Shown here: positions 62,584 to 64,000 of the stretch, piece by piece | Layout of the letters: each line of letters starts with the position of its first letter | Position numbering within the stretch: the first letter of the stretch is position 1 | NCBI GenBank assembly: GCA_965267575.1 | Contig: OZ254086.1 | Span: forward strand, 544,001 to 608,000 | Source: Calditrichales bacterium | GTDB lineage: Bacteria > Calditrichota > Calditrichia > Calditrichales > J004 | Reading direction: 5' to 3' | DNA length: 64,000 nt | Translations under genes and position numbers: made by a program | The notes under the pieces: generated by a model | Database searches by the model: none | Seen by the model: only the letters and a program-made list of their open reading frames with translations | Told to the model about the DNA's origin: nothing

Positions 62584-64000
62584 TCACTCCGCCAGGCGGA
62601 ACTTCTCCACCGCCTGGTTTAGTTTTGTCGAAAGGTCATCCAGTTTGGAGGCAGATTCTCTTGATTGCTGCGCTCCTTCGGCCGTTTCTTTGGCGATGCC
62701 GGCAATATGCTCCAGCGATGCCACGATATCTTTACTGAATTTGGTTTGTTCTTCGGTAGCCTTGGAAATATCCAGGGTAGATTTGGCGGAGATTTCAACG
62801 GTACCCAGGATCTCCTTAAGCGCGCTTCCGGCACTGTCTACCAGCTTGGCGCCGTCGGATACTTCGCGTTCGCCGTTTTCGATGGCGTTCAGGGTTTGGG
62901 TCGTTCCGCTCTGGATATCATCAATGAGTTCAGAAATCTGGTCGGCCGCGCGGCTGGATCGTTCTGCAAGGTTACGTATCTCATCGGCTACAACGGTAAA
63001 ACCGCGCCCCGCCTCGCCGGCCCGTGCCGCCTCGATCGAAGCATTAAGCGCCAGCAAATTGGTACGGCTGGCGATCTCGCTGATAAAATCAGTAATCTCC
63101 CCGATACGCACGGAGTTGTCTGTAAGCAGTTTCATCTGCCGCGACACTTCACGCACCGAGTCGCGAATCTTTTGCATACCGTCGGTGGAGCGCTTGACGA
63201 TTTCGCCGCCTTTTTCGGCCAGTTCCCGCGCACGCTGCGCCGCTTCGGAAGCCATCTGCGCGTTCTTGTTTGTGTTGTTGATCAATTCAGCCATTTCCTT
63301 GGCCAAACCGCTGATATTTTCCGTCTGCGAAGCCTGAGATTCCGCGCCAACGGCCATGGCATCCGTGTTTTTGAGAATGCCCTGCGTGGAGGAGGCCACT
63401 TCTTCGGCCGCCTTTTTAACATCTTTGATCAGCTCACTCAAATCGCTGACCATCAGGTTGAAGGAGTCAGATAATGCGCCCAGGGCGTCGGCGGTAACTT
63501 CAGCCTTTTGGGTAAAATCGCCGTCGGCAGCCGAGCTTACAATGCGCAGCAATTCCTGGATCTGGTGCTGTATCTTCTCGCGCTCTTCCTCGGACTCGCG
63601 GTTGTCACGCATGCTGCTTGCCAGTTCTTTTAGCGCCGGGTGCAGCTCATCCACATAGCCTTCCTGCGCCGATGGCACAACCTGGTCGCCTTTTTTAAGC
63701 CGGGACAAATTTTCTTTAACATGATCCAGGCCGCCCGTCAGCTTATTAAATTCAATTACCAGAACCAGGATAGATAAGGCCACAAAAGACATCAGGATTA
63801 TGATTGGCAGGGTGGCGACATCGAGAATACTGTCTGCAGCCGGTTGCCGTGGCACGCCGATTACCACAAGAGCTTCGGCTTCATTACGCTTATCCAGCAC
63901 CGGGGCAACGGCAAAAAAACTGACGTCTTCCTCATTTTCGCCGGTCATTGTTTTGGAAAATACCTTTTTCTGATTCAGGGCATCGTTCATCTCCTGCCAC
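62584..64000 (-). CDS. Methyl-accepting chemotaxis protein (PilJ-like); 5' end probably outside the window
   Basis: [26 protein letters not shown]; one transmembrane helix visible; frame is open to the window edge. Confidence 0.93.
   Translation of the reverse strand, partial: WQEMNDALNQKKVFSKTMTGENEEDVSFFAVAPVLDKRNEAEALVVIGVPRQPAADSILDVATLPIIILMSFVALSILVLVIEFNKLTGGLDHVKENLSRLKKGDQVVPSAQEGYVDELHPALKELASSMRDNRESEEEREKIQHQIQELLRIVSSAADGDFTQKAEVTADALGALSDSFNLMVSDLSELIKDVKKAAEEVASSTQGILKNTDAMAVGAESQASQTENISGLAKEMAELINNTNKNAQMASEAAQRARELAEKGGEIVKRSTDGMQKIRDSVREVSRQMKLLTDNSVRIGEITDFISEIASRTNLLALNASIEAARAGEAGRGFTVVADEIRNLAERSSRAADQISELIDDIQSGTTQTLNAIENGEREVSDGAKLVDSAGSALKEILGTVEISAKSTLDISKATEEQTKFSKDIVASLEHIAGIAKETAEGAQQSRESASKLDDLSTKLNQAVEKFRLAE

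Overview
A gene-dense bacterial chromosomal segment, mostly on the minus strand. Gene content (lpxB, a PorZ-like gene, many 'NPFNP...SGxY' C-terminal-domain proteins, a mannose-family PTS next to metK, a Chp-like chemosensory pair) suggests an FCB-related diderm such as Calditrichota; this is inference only. The ORF track misses the leftmost gene: a minus-strand ORF (4494 to <1, at least 1498 aa, running off the window) that fuses a GlcD-like FAD oxidase, four 4Fe-4S motifs and two glutamate-synthase-like FMN domains. After it come an AT-rich two-gene cassette flanked by direct copies of a palindromic REP-like element; metK, PGI/PMI and a PTS; a TPP II-like subtilase; mrp; recN; the PorZ-like gene; the rib operon; lpxB; a degenerate MEMO1 homologue; a mosaic tandem array of four secreted paralogues; an AmgK/RapZ-MurU recycling locus; housekeeping genes; a large LVIVD plus 10x Ig adhesin; a beta-helix/TonB_C protein; and a ChpA-like kinase with its MCP. 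I saw no rRNA, tRNA, CRISPR array or transposase. All calls come from reading motifs by eye; no database searches were run.
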